This document shows positions 12,041-25,675 of a stretch of 64,000 nucleotides of DNA, piece by piece (position 1 is the first letter of the stretch; every line of letters starts with the position of its first letter). The notes below the pieces were generated by a model that did no database searches, was not told where the DNA came from, and saw only the letters and a list, made by a program, of their open reading frames with translations. This stretch comes from Amoeboaphelidium protococcarum X5. Its lineage: Eukaryota > Fungi > Aphelidiomycota. The stretch spans positions 1,093,580 through 1,157,579 of the forward strand of contig JALDTO010000266.1 of NCBI GenBank assembly GCA_023515725.1, read 5' to 3'. The position numbers and the translations under genes were made by a program.

Positions 12041-13851
12041 TCACTAAATGTTCCAGAGTTATTTAAAGGCTAATTGAATGTATGGTGTGAACACATTCTT
12101 GATGGCCACATTGACAATCTCCTGCATGTCTTCTTGATCTTTAGATGAAGATGGAGATGATTACTCCACTTTAACAGCGCCAATCTTGTCCAACGATTAT
12201 TACACTGAACGCTGCATGGAGGAATGCAATTTTACAAAGAGCAAATTTCTTATTGCATTAAACAGGACCAAATAATCATTACTTAGGGCGGCCAACACGG
12301 GAAACTGCTACAGCATATCAGCACCACTTGATTTAAAATTAATGGCCGTCAATGAACATTATTAACACGATTCCTTCAATTGCTCTAGGTTCAGACTATT
12401 ACCACCAGCACCACTCTGAACTGCAACTGTAAAGTTTCGATATCCAAATAAATTCACAAACTCCGAATACTTGGCCACAATGTCATCCAGATTCTAATTG
12501 AACAACTGCAGAATCTTGTCATAATATATAGGCAGAAATAACCATCTGGCGTCAAATCCTTTTCGACTGAGCGCCACTCCAAAATGCATGGATTAAGTCA
12601 ATGATTAAGAAATAATAGCAAAGCTATCGGCATTATCCAATAGAGTTTTTAGTTCAGGGCAAATTACATCCCGCAGTAGATGATGCAAGAATAGACACAG
12701 TGCACTCTCAGGATCTTTCAGAATAGAGTCGACATTTTGATTAAAGTGATAACCATCATCATTATCATCCTCCTCGTGTATCTATTTGCCATCTTTACTT
12801 GATTAAGATTAGGAAGTAATTGAAGTCTGGGTAAAGATCGCCATGTAGACACTGATAATGTCCAAAGTGAATGATCTACAAAAATCTATAAACTGCTTAA
12901 GCACCTTGGACTCTGAACTTTAATGTATAGAAATAGAACTAGCAGGAGATCTCACAGATTATATCGAATTAGATTTCTGATCAGTACCACCTTGATATTA
13001 ATTTCCCTGGTCTCCATCAGTCTACGGATAGTCAGAGCTTAGGGATTATTAAACTTGTTCCAGCTTTAACTTTTACCATTGTACTTTGAAGAAGTTCAGA
13101 CGCGCCTTGAGATAGGTGGTGTGAACATATTCCTAATGAACACCATTCAGTTTGAGTTATCGAACACTTGACAAGTAATTGACGCATCTTATTACCTGCT
13201 AGAGACTGAGATCTTCTTTAGATAACTCATCCTATAACAAAGCGGAGAATTCTCCCAAAACATTGATCAGACCTTATCTTAGCTGAACTTGGAATACTTA
13301 AATGGCAGTATATTTGGTCAATAGAGCACAATACTATTGCGCGCAACGAATGAACTAATCATACTGTTAATTTGCTAATAACGCCCGCAATTCTGATTCC
13401 GAATTCAAAACTGACTTTACTCCATTAAAGTTCTATGAGACAAATGCACAATTCCGTAGCTGAGAAGCTATCTTATTAATTGTTTCCAAGTCTTGGCTCT
13501 TGAGTTAGAATGACAGGTCGACATTGGCTGAATATGAACTTAACAAAGACGCATTCTACAAAGCAATTTCAATATTTAAATAATGTTATTAATTAAGAGG
13601 GTAATAATTACTTATTAGAATTTCTGTAAGTATGTCTAGACATCGACATAATTATGCAGTTGAGCTTTTAGTGACTTGTGAAGTTGTTACTTATGTTCAC
13701 CGGTACTGAGAGCAAGCTACGTCTCAATACTTTCCAATTCCTGTAGAGTGCAAGAACTCAACTCTTTATCTATAAACTTTTCATACTATTCAACCTCAAT
13801 ATCTTTTAAATGAGATTTTAATGTGAGTGAGAATCTTGAAGATTCCGTCAT
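12041..13851 (-). CDS. COG8: COG complex subunit 8 (Dor1-like); intron at 13556-13611
   Basis: FIDFCRSFTLDIISVYMAIF, SLTQSMHFGVALSRKGFDAR and QQFPVLAALSNDYLVLFNAIR resemble Dor1/COG8 motifs; spliced length is divisible by 3. Confidence 0.7.
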
Positions 13852-14404
13852 GGTGGAGCGCCAAAATTTCTCGTAGACAAAGTGATCGTGGAAGAGATTG
13901 ATTTAGTTAAGAAGCGCGATGATTAGTACCAAGAATACTGCTTACTCATAAAAGATATTAGTTCGCGTTGGAATTGGTGATTATATATACAGTACACTAG
14001 TGAGCATTTATTCATTACAGTATGGGGTTATTTTATAAAAGCCAATCAAAGTCCAACACCAAAATAGTATCACTTGGCAATTAAAATCAACTGACTACAT
14101 TCTCCACGATGTGACGACTTGTAGCAACATCATCACCGAAATAAAAGACATTTTCAAGTCACTCATCAAAATGCCCAAGAAGGTCCGTTTCAATCAACGA
14201 TACTGTTTCAGAACATCTGATTGAGTAACGTGTAATTTCTCAAGCCATTGTCAGAGGCGTTAACGGTCTGTCAATTTATGAAGACTGACGCGTTAGCGAG
14301 TGATTGGTGACCAGGAGTTTGTCGCCTGCCTCTCTTCTTTGGAGGATTTTGGAATAGTGAATTTGAGTAATTGAATTTAATATCATCTGGAAATAGTGTT
14401 TTCC

Positions 14405-14808
14405 ATGACTGACAAGTATGTCCATTGGAACGGTGGTTCCCCTGTCTCTGCTGGTATTAAATTATACGGGCAGCTCACGTATCAGCCATCTCCTCTAATC
14501 TTATTTCAACACATAGCAAGATGACGGACACTGAGAAATCTTATCTAATGGAACAGGTCGAGATCTTGGAATAGCAGGTGAAAAGTTTACAGGGGTAGCT
14601 TTTGGCCACCCAGAAAATGATATTTGAATAAGTAATGGCCATCCAGAAAATGACATTTGAATAGGTAATGGCTTTGCAAAGCCAGTTGGAAAGTAGCAAG
14701 GCGTATATTGCCTATCTGGAGCAGAAGGTGGCCTCTATTTAAGATGAAAAGGGCGTGCAGAGTCCTGCGACTGAAAGTACGGGCCACACGAGCGTCGATA
14801 GTAAATGA
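14405..14808 (+). CDS. Small coiled-coil orphan protein (~100 aa); probable intron at 14416-14516, alternative start 14521
   Basis: Open frame 14521-14808 (MTDTEKSYLMEQVEILEQQVKSLQGQL...). GTATGT donor, CTAAT branch and TAG acceptor give an in-frame upstream exon. Confidence 0.55.
14603..14672 (+). repeat. 33-nt in-frame tandem duplication
   Basis: TGGCCACCCAGAAAATGATATTTGAATAAGTAA followed by TGGCCATCCAGAAAATGACATTTGAATAGGTAA. Confidence 0.9.
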
Positions 14809-15096
14809 TATATGAATAAATGAGGCTATTTTATCTAATTAATCTTGCTTTTATTTCTCTCTCTGTTGATTCTGTTTACATCACCTTTGAACGTGACTCC
14901 ATGGTAAAGTGAGATTGTCAGCAGCTGATCGAGACGCGACTGAAACTGCAGCCTCTCAAACAGTGGACACCAAATCTAGTGCTTGTGTAGTTACTGATTG
15001 TTATAACAACTAATACTCATATATAGTTTAATCACAATATTAAAGTTCAACTAAAATAAATATATTATCCACAAGTTTTATTTTCTAACTACATAC

Positions 15097-16581
15097 TCAG
15101 TCACATCGAGTTTAATGATAGTAAGCCTTCCATAGTTCAGCATCATTAGAGTTGACAAACTCAACAAAGATTATCCCCATTGCACAGTGAAACTTGAACA
15201 CACTCTAGTCCAATGATATGTGGTCAATCTATAATACTACACTAGTTTAATGAGCTTTATATAACGCATTTTAGTATGATAATTACCTTTCTTTGACGCG
15301 ACTGATTTACCATCAGCAGTCATTGACTTACTAGACCACATCAGGTAATTATTCATTAAATTGAATGTGATATACTTGGTCTTGTACTTGTTACGCGCAA
15401 GGAACTTTCTCTAGAATGAAGTACGCAGGTACACTTTAAATTCGCTTTGAATATCTTTCTAGAGCTGAGAGAAGTCTTATTCATAACCAGACGCAGACTA
15501 AGGTCTATCGATCAGGCTGTCAGTAGTTGATGAAGGATCAGCACTTAAATCGATCGGCATTTTATGCATCTACGCACGCTCAATGTGTAACTAAGACAGC
15601 TCCTTTTCTAATTCATTAATTCGTTAGAGCAAATGTACAGAGTTATTAAGATTATCACCATCTGCATCAGTCTGCGTTTACCGGTTCACTCGCTCAACTT
15701 TACCCCAGTAGTAACCGTCAGCATTCGAGTCAGAGTCAACATTATCATGGCGAGACTTTTATAAATTACCACCTTATCCATCAATGACTCTTTCGCGACC
15801 AAGTTTTGTATTTATAGCAAGCAATCTATAAACTTCCTCTTGCAGATCTTACACTTGATCTTCCAATAGCTTCTTTTCCTTTTGCAACTTTTGCCGCTGA
15901 GACTGTTCACTCTTTAACAGAGATTTTTACTCATACAGACTTGTTTCAACTTCTAATATATGGTCTACACAATTTATATGATACTTGATAATAGAGAAAT
16001 CAATGCGAAATACCTTCAAGAGCTTTAATCTTCTCGTTGTATTATAAAAGTTGTGATTATCGATTCAAATCGTTGATTGAATCTTCAACGATTTCCAACT
16101 AGTCTTCATCATTATCAGCCTAACGAAGAGCCCACTACAGTAATTAGCTTGATATAATCTTGACATCTTTTTGCCGATGATTAAGATCCACTTTGATACC
16201 ATGATTAGATGCAGACTACCGCTTGAGAGTTGATGGAGTGGAGCATTTCGAAATGAAGCCAAACTTTGAATCCGAATTCCTCTTGGATGGCGATTGTGCT
16301 GAAAATACTACTACAGCTTTTCCGACTTCTCTACTGTTCTTCATATCTTTACTTATAGTGGAATCAAAATTATCATCACTTAATCCATCATTATTGTCAT
16401 CAGGAAATTGATCAAGATACGATTCAATGTCATTAATATCAGTGACTGCAGAATGAAAATCATCATCGTTGAAGATTGAAGTATCATGACCAACTGTTGA
16501 CTTAAAGTTACCCAAACTATGTCTATCCTTCACCTATTACGGCGCCTATAGCTATTGCTGATCAGAGAGGCCAAGCATCAT
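15097..16581 (-). CDS. Coiled-coil protein with C-terminal PH-like domain; introns at 15965-16013 and 15237-15286
   Basis: Spliced frame of 462 codons; long heptad region; C-terminus RKFLARNKYKTKYITFNLMNNYLMWSSK...FVNSNDAELW is PH-like. Confidence 0.65.
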
Positions 16582-16829
16582 AATTCAAAGTGATTCAAGG
16601 ACTCTAATATTGTAATAAGAATTGTACGGAGATTGAAGTTTAAGTAAGAGCAAAGGAGGACTATCGCTCTTAGTATTGGAGAGCAAATGGTGATGAAACA
16701 AGAAGGGAACGCGAGCGGTCCGTGAAAGTTCTATGAATGACGCTATCAATACGATCACCTTTGGTTCAACAAAAAGTCATTCTGATTCAGAAAAGCTAGA
16801 TTTATAATGGACAATTAAAAGTTAAGCAT

Positions 16830-17885
16830 TCATTCGTCAGCAGATGATTACACTATAACGTTTTGCAAGTCGTCAAGATGGTGATCTCCACTATGATTAC
16901 CATCATTATCACTACAACTTTGTCGCGATGCGTATATTCCCTCTCTAATGCCAACCCAAGTGGCACTTAAGAATGAGATTGGCAGAAATACCGGAATCAT
17001 CCATCCAGGTCTACTGTAAAAGTCGAATGCCCACATATTGTAACAGATCATGCACTGACCAATGGACGATATGTTTAGCGATATTGCAGCCAAGTAGAAT
17101 AACCATAGAGAGCAATTTTATATCCAGTTTCGCTTCTGTAATTGCACAATCTTTATTACTTCGATAGTCTCTGTCGAAGTTTCAGCCTCCGTAGTCTAAT
17201 TCACGGCATTCAACTCTTGGGCATCAGTGACTTGTTAGTCTTTAGGCGTATCCACATTATCAATCGCTTAATCTATTCCATTGCGGCTCAAAGTAGGCGG
17301 TGTGACAGTTATAGTGATAGAGTCTACAGACTAGCCGCCTTACTATTTACGTTAAAGGGTATTTTCATGATTAAGATCTCCGTAAGAAGATGACTGGTTA
17401 GAACACTGGGATCGTTTCTTCTACACCAGGAATGCTGGATACTTGAGGCCAATGTTCTACTTGAGCTTGTCAAATTTCTGCTAGAGTTTGATACGCTAAC
17501 TACTCAATTTTTATCGAGTCCACAAGCTGCTCAATCGTGTCTGCATCGAAAGTCCGCGGATGGTATAGAAAAGCATAGCGAATCGCTTTGGAGAATCCAC
17601 GATCATTGCCAGGGTGAAGATTACAGTCAGGATCTGACAGTTGATCTCATAAAACTAGTTCTAGTACTAGATAGATGGATATGTTACGGCACCCACAAGA
17701 ATGAGGAATACAATCGCGCCAGAGACGACAACGGTGGCTAAGAGAAGTAGCACTGCAGAGTTGACCCAGATGTTCTAGGTAAACCATTTCGTAAATAACA
17801 GCCAACATTTTTTAAATTTTTCTCCAACTATTTAGCTAGTACACATTTAATCAGCACTAAGCTCTGAGCCAGCTTCAAACGTCAT
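16830..17885 (-). CDS. DUF2985-like membrane protein
   Basis: Transmembrane segments with VVSGAIVFLILVG, FYEINCQILTVIFT, SLNISSIGQCMICYNMW...SRP; TGA at 16830. Confidence 0.7.
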
Positions 17886-18334
17886 GCGAATATATTTGAT
17901 TAATCAGCGAAAAACTTGAATATATTATCAATCAAAAGAGGTGCAGGAACTTAGGAAATCAATCCTGCCAGACTTTGAGACAAAGGGGTTATATTTGTCG
18001 GTATGTTTCCCCTTACAGAATTCTAAAAAGCCTCCTTTCAAAAGATCTGAATGAGGCGGTCCGAAAGCAGAAACTTAATTTTGATCAGACAGAATTCCTG
18101 AAACACAAACCATGTGAGCTTTGATTGCCAAGCTGTTGTTCTCCTTGTGTGACCGTTGGTTGAAGCTCACTGTGGTAGGTAGTCAAGGAAACGAACGCCC
18201 CTTCCCCTTAAAACGGCCGGATGTTGAGTTTGACATACGGATGAAATTAGCATCGTGATTATAGTATAGACATTTCACTGTAGATAAAAGAAAAGTTTAC
18301 ATATTGACTCAACTGGATTAAATAGTGCGTTCAT

Positions 18335-20326
18335 TCAGCGACTTGGTCTCCTAAAATTCCAGCTTGAAGGGAAACGGCCATACTTGATGTATTGAGTCGC
18401 GCGTTCAATAGCGATATCTTTGCTCATCAGCGTCTTGATTTTCTAATCTTACTACCATGTCACGTACGGTTCAGATTCTAATGTGAATATTCTCATTGCA
18501 GATAACGGGACGGTTCCCCAGGAGGCATCTTCGAAATAACGAACCACCACATCGAGATTGATGGGCTTGATCCAGGCAGGAGCTTTGTCGGCCGGAATAA
18601 TGACACCTGGCCACCAGTATTTATATGCTGGATCACCTGCAGGGTCCACAAACACACAAAGATACTCATGATTGTCTAAAGATGGACGATCGCCGCCAAT
18701 TTTAGGTTTCTTGACAACAGCAGATTCCAATTTGAGCTATTCCTCCACATAAGGTTATGGAGCTTGATTCTACTATGGATTGGTCGAAGGATCGCGGTAA
18801 GGCCAAGGTAATTCGTACAATCTGTAGTGTCTTGCACACCTGGAGCACAGCAGTTCACTTGGAACGTACGCCCAATTCTTGTACTTGGAAGATTTCTACG
18901 AATGCTGCTCGTACCAAAACTATTCTAGCTAACGTTAAAGATGAGGAGGTGCCAGCTAAGCAGTGAATTCGCACTTGGTGCATATTTTAAAAGGATTGCT
19001 ATCAGTACTTTTTGTACCAGCGGCACTAACATTCGCATCCTATCCTAGTTTTGCTTTGAAACTCAATGATTTACGAACATCTTCACCATTAAAGATTTCA
19101 TTAAATGATCGCTATATATTCATCTTTTTCAACTGAGCAGGAGATTTGTATCGGAGACTTTTAGTGCACTCATAATCATTTACTTGGAACATGTACTCTT
19201 TAGGGACTTCACTTTCATTGTCGCCTGTTGCACGAGCAGAGATATCATCAGTAGACTCGAGAGACGCCTGACTAGCACAGGAGCCGCGTCGAGATGCTGT
19301 TTGCGCAGGCGCAAGAAGGAATCGATAAGCACCCTGCTAACGCTTTTCGCAGCTGTAACACATACAAAGGGAGTTGTTATTACCAAAGTAAGATTTGGAA
19401 TATGAAGTCAGAATCTCGTCACCAACTTTAATATCCCTGATAACTTTGAATGTTATGGCGCTCTGACCAAGTGCAGTAAACTCAACGTTCGGTCGACAGT
19501 CATGGTTCACCAGCCTGGCAGGACCGAGAAGGAGAGAAGCACATTTCTTCCTGGCCACATGAATAACACTAAAGTCTTTATCTCCTATTTTAAGTTCATC
19601 CTCTTCCGTGAGAGGTGATATATATCCAGTGGCACATTCCATAGTCTCGCCAATTTTCCAAGGTCGGCTGGCAATCACTGCAGCCTACTTATCATGGCCA
19701 TATTTCGTGGTGGAGACGATGTCATATCCAGCCTTCACATGATACATTGACAGATACCTCTTACAATGTCTACACAAGTACAAATTAGTATATAATGCGC
19801 TTTAGATACATAAGTTATATATTACTCTTTAAACCACAATTTCTACTACTCTGTCTTGTTCCTGAATAAGAGAGACCCCCACTTTGTTTAATCACTACCT
19901 AGAAAATAATCAACTAGATGTTATTTATAAGACCATTGAGATACGAATAAGGACTTACAACTGAGATTTCAACGCGTCTGCAGCCGTTTCAAAATCACCA
20001 TTGACCGCACAACTTCTGATAACTTCCGCAACTTTATTCAAATCAATCTTCTTGGATACGTATCTCTAACGCATCTTTGGCACTCTATATAACATAACTT
20101 GGCATTTTATTATAATTATACAGCCATAACATCAAGACAGAGCTTACTTAAAGTCCAAATACAGCTAGTCTATTAGAATATCGGTCAGAACATCGTCGTA
20201 CTCGGATAGCAACGTGAATGGAATATCAATAGAGTTATTCGCAATCTTTAAAGCCTACAATTGATAGAAGACAGATGATATAGATATTAAAAAGCACAAA
20301 ATATAAGTCAGACTTACAACAGTCAT
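18335..20326 (-). CDS. SET9: H4K20 methyltransferase Set9/Suv4-20 with C-terminal PWWP-like domain; several 5' introns
   Basis: LSEYDDVLTDILID, LLLGPARLVNHDCRPN, GDEILTSYSKSYFG...CMCYSCE, CSRCARHYRLY..PWP, YWWPGVII...VVRYFED. Confidence 0.9.
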
Positions 20327-20612
20327 CACAACAATATCACCAAAGTTAGTAACAGAACGCTGTATAACGCAGCTCAATGAAACTGAATAAAGAGAAAAAG
20401 GCAAGAGAGAGAAAGAGAGAACGTCTCTGTATCAACAAAGCCTTGAAACAACGACAATCCCTCAAGCTTTTCTCGTGTTTTACTTGAACATCGTGTCAGT
20501 AGGAGGATTGCAAAGCACGGGAGAAGTGAAAATGGCTTCGAATGGCGTCCAGAGAAACTAAAAACAAAGTAACAGTGTACGAGAACTTTTTTCTATTATC
20601 AACTTTATGTGT

Positions 20613-22796
20613 TCAATTGATATTTTATTACTACTTGAGCATGGAGATACCTTTAGAGTTAATCTCGCGTTCACTTGCAAGCTTGACAATTTCTGCCAAT
20701 TCAGTCTTTTGATCTTCAGCCAACTGTGGACATAGAGACAACAGTACGAAAAACACTCCAGATGGCCATTCACCTCCACACTGGGACAAGGTTTCTTTCA
20801 ACTTAGCAAAGAACCCAGAACGCGATAACTCAGCCGACATAGCTCCACCAAAAGACTCCATCTGTTTAATGCACTTGGTAACAAACTTACATGCCAGATC
20901 ACTGGTCAGCAAGTGCACGCCGTGATATTTACTTCTTTCCTCAGTCTCCAAGTAAGTCTTACTAACGACAAGATCTGCGGCGTTAGAGCGAATTTCAGTC
21001 ACATCCACTTCACCTTCAATCTCAACTTCATCTTCCTCCTATTCTTCATTACTGACCTCAGCCTCCAATTCCTGGTCTTATAATACCTCTTCATCTTGGT
21101 CATCCATAATGTCTTCTCCCTCGCCAAAATCATCATCAGAATCAGATTAATCTTCATCAGAAGTAGCTGTTTTAGCACTAGCAGAGGTGACATTTGTTAT
21201 TGGCCATACAAAGGCATCTTCACTGATCAACTTGGCAATCTAACTTTCCAGTAATGTATACTAAGCACTATCATTAGCCTATAGATACTGCATCAGCTCA
21301 AACATCATCTGTGTGCCAACTAAGCCAAATATGATCTCTTTAAGTAGATCATTATGATCTTTGAGCATACTGTCAATTACTTTAGGCAAGATATTATCAA
21401 GATTCTCGCGTCTTCTAACCTATGGATCCTTCTTACTTGTAATCTAAACAAATTCAGATCTAGTATCCATTATTTCAATCTATGCCGGACTAAAGTACTT
21501 GGTCGAGTTACCACTCAATAAGTGCAGAATCACCTTCTACATATTCTTACTGCGCAGACAAGCATCCAAATCATCCATCAACTCACTGACGATACTCTAT
21601 TTCACAAGCACAGTGTCGTCCACGCATGATAGTATGCACACGATGACCATCCAGCCGTACTCATTCTATGCAACCTGAGACACATACGATTTCATAGCCT
21701 TAACAATCTGCTTTCTATCTTTGGCAGTTCCGGCACTACGGATAACCGTCATGGCAATCTAAGCACCATGCTTCGTATGAACGATAGATGCCAAATCTTT
21801 TACAAACTGGGTTCTAAATGGAGCCTATTCATCACTATATAACGCCTGGATCTCCGTCAACTCTAAATGTTGCAAATACTCCAATAACACGCGATGTACA
21901 AGTTCACTAGATCCAATAGCACCATCTTTACCAGCAATCTGCACCAACGTATCACGAAACTGCTTCAGAATGACCACCTTCTTTTCAGGAAACTTGACCA
22001 GCACACTATTCATGTCAATCTTTTGTACAGTCTTACCGGCAGCGGGTGTTTGCATGAGTAGCATCGATCTCTTGGTCAACAAGTACTCACTTCCATAAAA
22101 CGCATCTGCCATACACTGTCTCTACTACGAGTTGGCATACACACAATAGATTGTATCAATGACCACGCTAGAGTACTTGTGTCTCAACAATTTTACAATC
22201 TTGTTACTTGGAACTTATCTCAACGCGTCATTACGTGCACCCTTGCCATTGTTGTTATTAGTGGATGATGATGATGATGGTGAGGCAAACACAAATTGAT
22301 CAATAATCAAATTTCTCCACTTGGCATCAGGCGCGTATTTTAAAGCTTTGAGGACGATAAAACGCGCATACGCAGTCTAGCTCATCTTTACAAAGTGAGG
22401 CAACAGCTCAGAGATTATACTCTCACGCGCTGACTGTTTCTATCCGCCAGTCTTTCCACAATCGCTGTACTTCAAAAGTGATTGAACAATTCTTGATGCA
22501 TCGTGCTTGAATATCAACTCTTCCAAATGACCTTACACCAGCTTTAGAGTATCAGCGACTAGAAGTTAACGCTACTTTTTTGGAATATGCTTAATTCTCA
22601 GCGACTCCCACTTCTTTTTCAGCTACTAAATCAAATCATACAGAGGAGTCTACTACGTTCTCTCTAATCTCAGCTGCTTCTACATGCGGTTAATCGCGGC
22701 CTAATCTTGCAAACCACCCGTCTACTGAAACTCCATAGGATTAGAATCCTGTTCTTGAGATTGTTACTCATCACCAAATTACTTTCGCTTCACCAT
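20613..22796 (-). CDS. PUF6: Pumilio-repeat/CPL nucleolar protein Puf6/PUM3
   Basis: KHDASRIVQSLLKY, YARFIVLKALKY, IVHTKHGA, TAKDRKQIVKAMK, SCVDDTVLV; 728 codons ending in TGA. Confidence 0.9.
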
Positions 22797-23083
22797 ACTT
22801 TAGAGATTGCTTTAAATCCGTTATCGTTATAATAAGATTTAATGGATATATAAAGAGAGGGAAGATCAATTTTTTGATCAATTTGCAGCAGACAGAGAGA
22901 GAAAACATCAAAGCGCGTCGTCGCATCTCACACTAGTGGCCTGTCTGTGAAAGTTTTCGCGCTTTGACTCTCTGCCGTTGCGACATTTCTTAACGTTCTT
23001 TCTCTATCAGCTAAGCAACTTCTCTCTATTTTCAGTGAATAATATTATTAATAATATTAACTTTCGCTATATTCTAATTGTAG

Positions 23084-24994
23084 ATGATGACTTGGTCTCC
23101 ATCAGTGGAGAAGAGAGACGATTAAGCTCTTATGACTACTTAAGGTGGTAAACGATAGTAGCGTGGTAAAAGCAAAAAGTTGTCCAGCTAAACGCCTTCT
23201 GCAGATGCTTAGATTGAACATACTGTGGCTGATTAGAACTCGGCCAAAGTTGTTGATACTGTGAATTGCAATGATTAAGAATCTATGGCGAATATGAACT
23301 CTGGACTACAATCATAGGATGCTTCAAGACATGGTCGCAGTCGTAATCAAGTTGACATTTATACTGATGCGACATTGAGCCACTCGCGCGATTTCAGTCA
23401 TGGCGTGTAATAGTTATCGCTGTGTATTGTGAGACATTTTGTCAACTTTTAAGGTCATTTGCGGGCCAAAGTGGATCCTCTGTATATTAATTGGTCTATA
23501 AAGACATCTAATGCTGTTCGCAGCGGTTGTGATGAACAGTTTAATGCCTCCCAATTCGAGTAACACCGATAAGATCTTACTGTTTAAAGGCAGTCTCGCA
23601 AATAGTCTAAATTGGATCGTATTATGAAGTAGCACGAGTAAGAGAATCAAATTCAAGGTTATCGCGGTGGTGGAGTTAATAAGTCTGGTAGTGGATGGGA
23701 CGTCTAGGAAGTTGATCATCATTAACACTAAACTGAGGTTATCACTCTTGGTTCTAAACGATTGTCGATAAGGAAGCAGGAGTGGTAGTTGTAAGCAAAT
23801 GTGAAGGGCTGGAATCATTAGCTTGAAGATGATGTAGATCCTACTGTTAATGAAGAGCCACCTGCTCCGGCAAGTAAATAGTCTCCACCAAGTTCACCTA
23901 AACGTAAGCATGAGGCTGCGTCTGAGTAACATCAATCCAAGTCACCAAAGATTACAGAAGGACTATTCAAAGCATCCAATACGCATATGGGATAGGATAT
24001 GCTTAATGAAGAGTTTCCTCTGCCTGGTGAGACTAAGTAGGCGACGGCGCGATCCGCATCCAAGCGCAATACTTCTTCAGGTGGTGTTGCACATTCGTCC
24101 GCTCCTAAGGAAGTTGCTGTGGTGGCTCTATAATAAACACAACTAATGCACGTATCTAATGCGACTCGTATTCATAACAAGTTGTCCATTTTTCTTCGTA
24201 AATCATCACTAGATCCTATACTATTTGCGCGCAAGATGGATTTCTAGGCGCCGTGTGATGCGAATGAATAGACCCGAATTGTATTGGTTAAAGTACACAA
24301 TTCGACTGATTAGATGCTGGGTGCTGGTGCTATGGAGCATTTAAAGTAAAAGAAGCTGCGAATTGGCAGCCATTTGGATAATCTTGGATGTGATGAAGGT
24401 GTCAAGATCATGGAAGCTTATAAGCGACTATGCGAACGATTGTACTGGATCTTTGATGGAGAGGTCGTGGTGGCTCTCGCTTGGTGTCCACCTGAAGATG
24501 AGATCAAGGTCGTTAACGATAATCTGAATAGAATTATCAGTAAGATCAAGCATAAACCTCCTAAGCTAGTCAAAGCTAAGAATACTGCATCCGATCAGGT
24601 GGATCCGGAATTATTGCCGTCCATCTTGTGCTTTAAGAACATTTTTGAGAGTTCGAATGGCTCGTCTACTTCTACTCCTGCACAGGAAGATTGCAATAGA
24701 ACTAGTCATAATCCTGCAAGTGACCTTGGCCGGTTCCACTTACATGACAAGATGAGATAGTCTACGCATTGGAATTATTTCCTATCTGATGCTGAGAATC
24801 CTGCATACTTTTTCGCGCCGTTCATGACTTAGTAGAATCAATTTGACGCCAACAAGGGTGACAGCTGTAGCAATGCCGTGGATGGACATATTGATGGTGT
24901 CGTAGATCCGCAGTAGTATCACGATGCTGTCGCTAAAGTGTCTTTAGAAGAGAGGTTCCTTGCGGAGTTGAATATGAAGGATGTCCTCAAATGA
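23084..24994 (+). CDS. Hypothetical protein, 636 aa, with Q/S/N-rich low-complexity regions
   Basis: Single frame from ATG 23084 to TGA 24992-24994 that includes ORF 24374-24760; probable 5'UTR intron ending TTGTAG at 23083. Confidence 0.7.
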
Positions 24995-25138
24995 TCTATA
25001 TGAATGCTTACAGATTCCTAACGAGCACGTTGGCTATGGTGAATAATCAAATGAAATATCTTGACTTAAGCAATAAGAGAAAATAAATTTTTTTTAAATT
25101 ATAAAATTCTTATTGCATGTGCCTTCAACTAGTAATCA

Positions 25139-25675
25139 TCACTCTATAGTTGGGTCCAAGACACTCATCATATGCTCAAACTTATCCAAAGCATTCTTCT
25201 AAGACTACCTGTATAATCTGCTAGCCTGCAGCAGTTCATTGGTAGTATCCTAAGCTATTTAATTAAGACTAAGTAGAGATTTTTCATGCTGAGGGTATAT
25301 CATCAACTGATACTCAACCATGCGCTGGAATATAGAGTAAACGCGCTAAATTCTAAACTCAACTTATTGCGCGTCATGAGTAGATGCAATCTTGATACGC
25401 GTCAAAAAGCTTAATAGCAGGCCCTCAGCTATCCTCTTTTCTTCATCTTGGAAGCTATCACTCTCCTCCGTCATCATTCTAGTTATCTCGAGCTGACCAT
25501 CGCCAACGTCACTCTAAACGCTGCTTCTATCATCTTCACCACCATCTGATATCTCAATACCATGGGAAAAGATCTCGGATTGCAAACGTTGACGTTCCAC
25601 ATTCATGCATACAATCTGCTTTACACAGACGTAAATTAAGAGTATAAGCAGACTCCAGTTTACACTATTCATCAT
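25139..25675 (-). CDS. Secreted hypothetical protein A1, 178 aa
   Basis: Signal-peptide-like start MMNSVNWSLLILLIYVCVKQIVC; acidic then helical body; TGA at 25139. Confidence 0.7.

Noticed and set aside
18040-18085. Hammerhead-like CTGAATGAG...CGAAA
   Set aside because: The core has an extra base and stems I and III are too weak.
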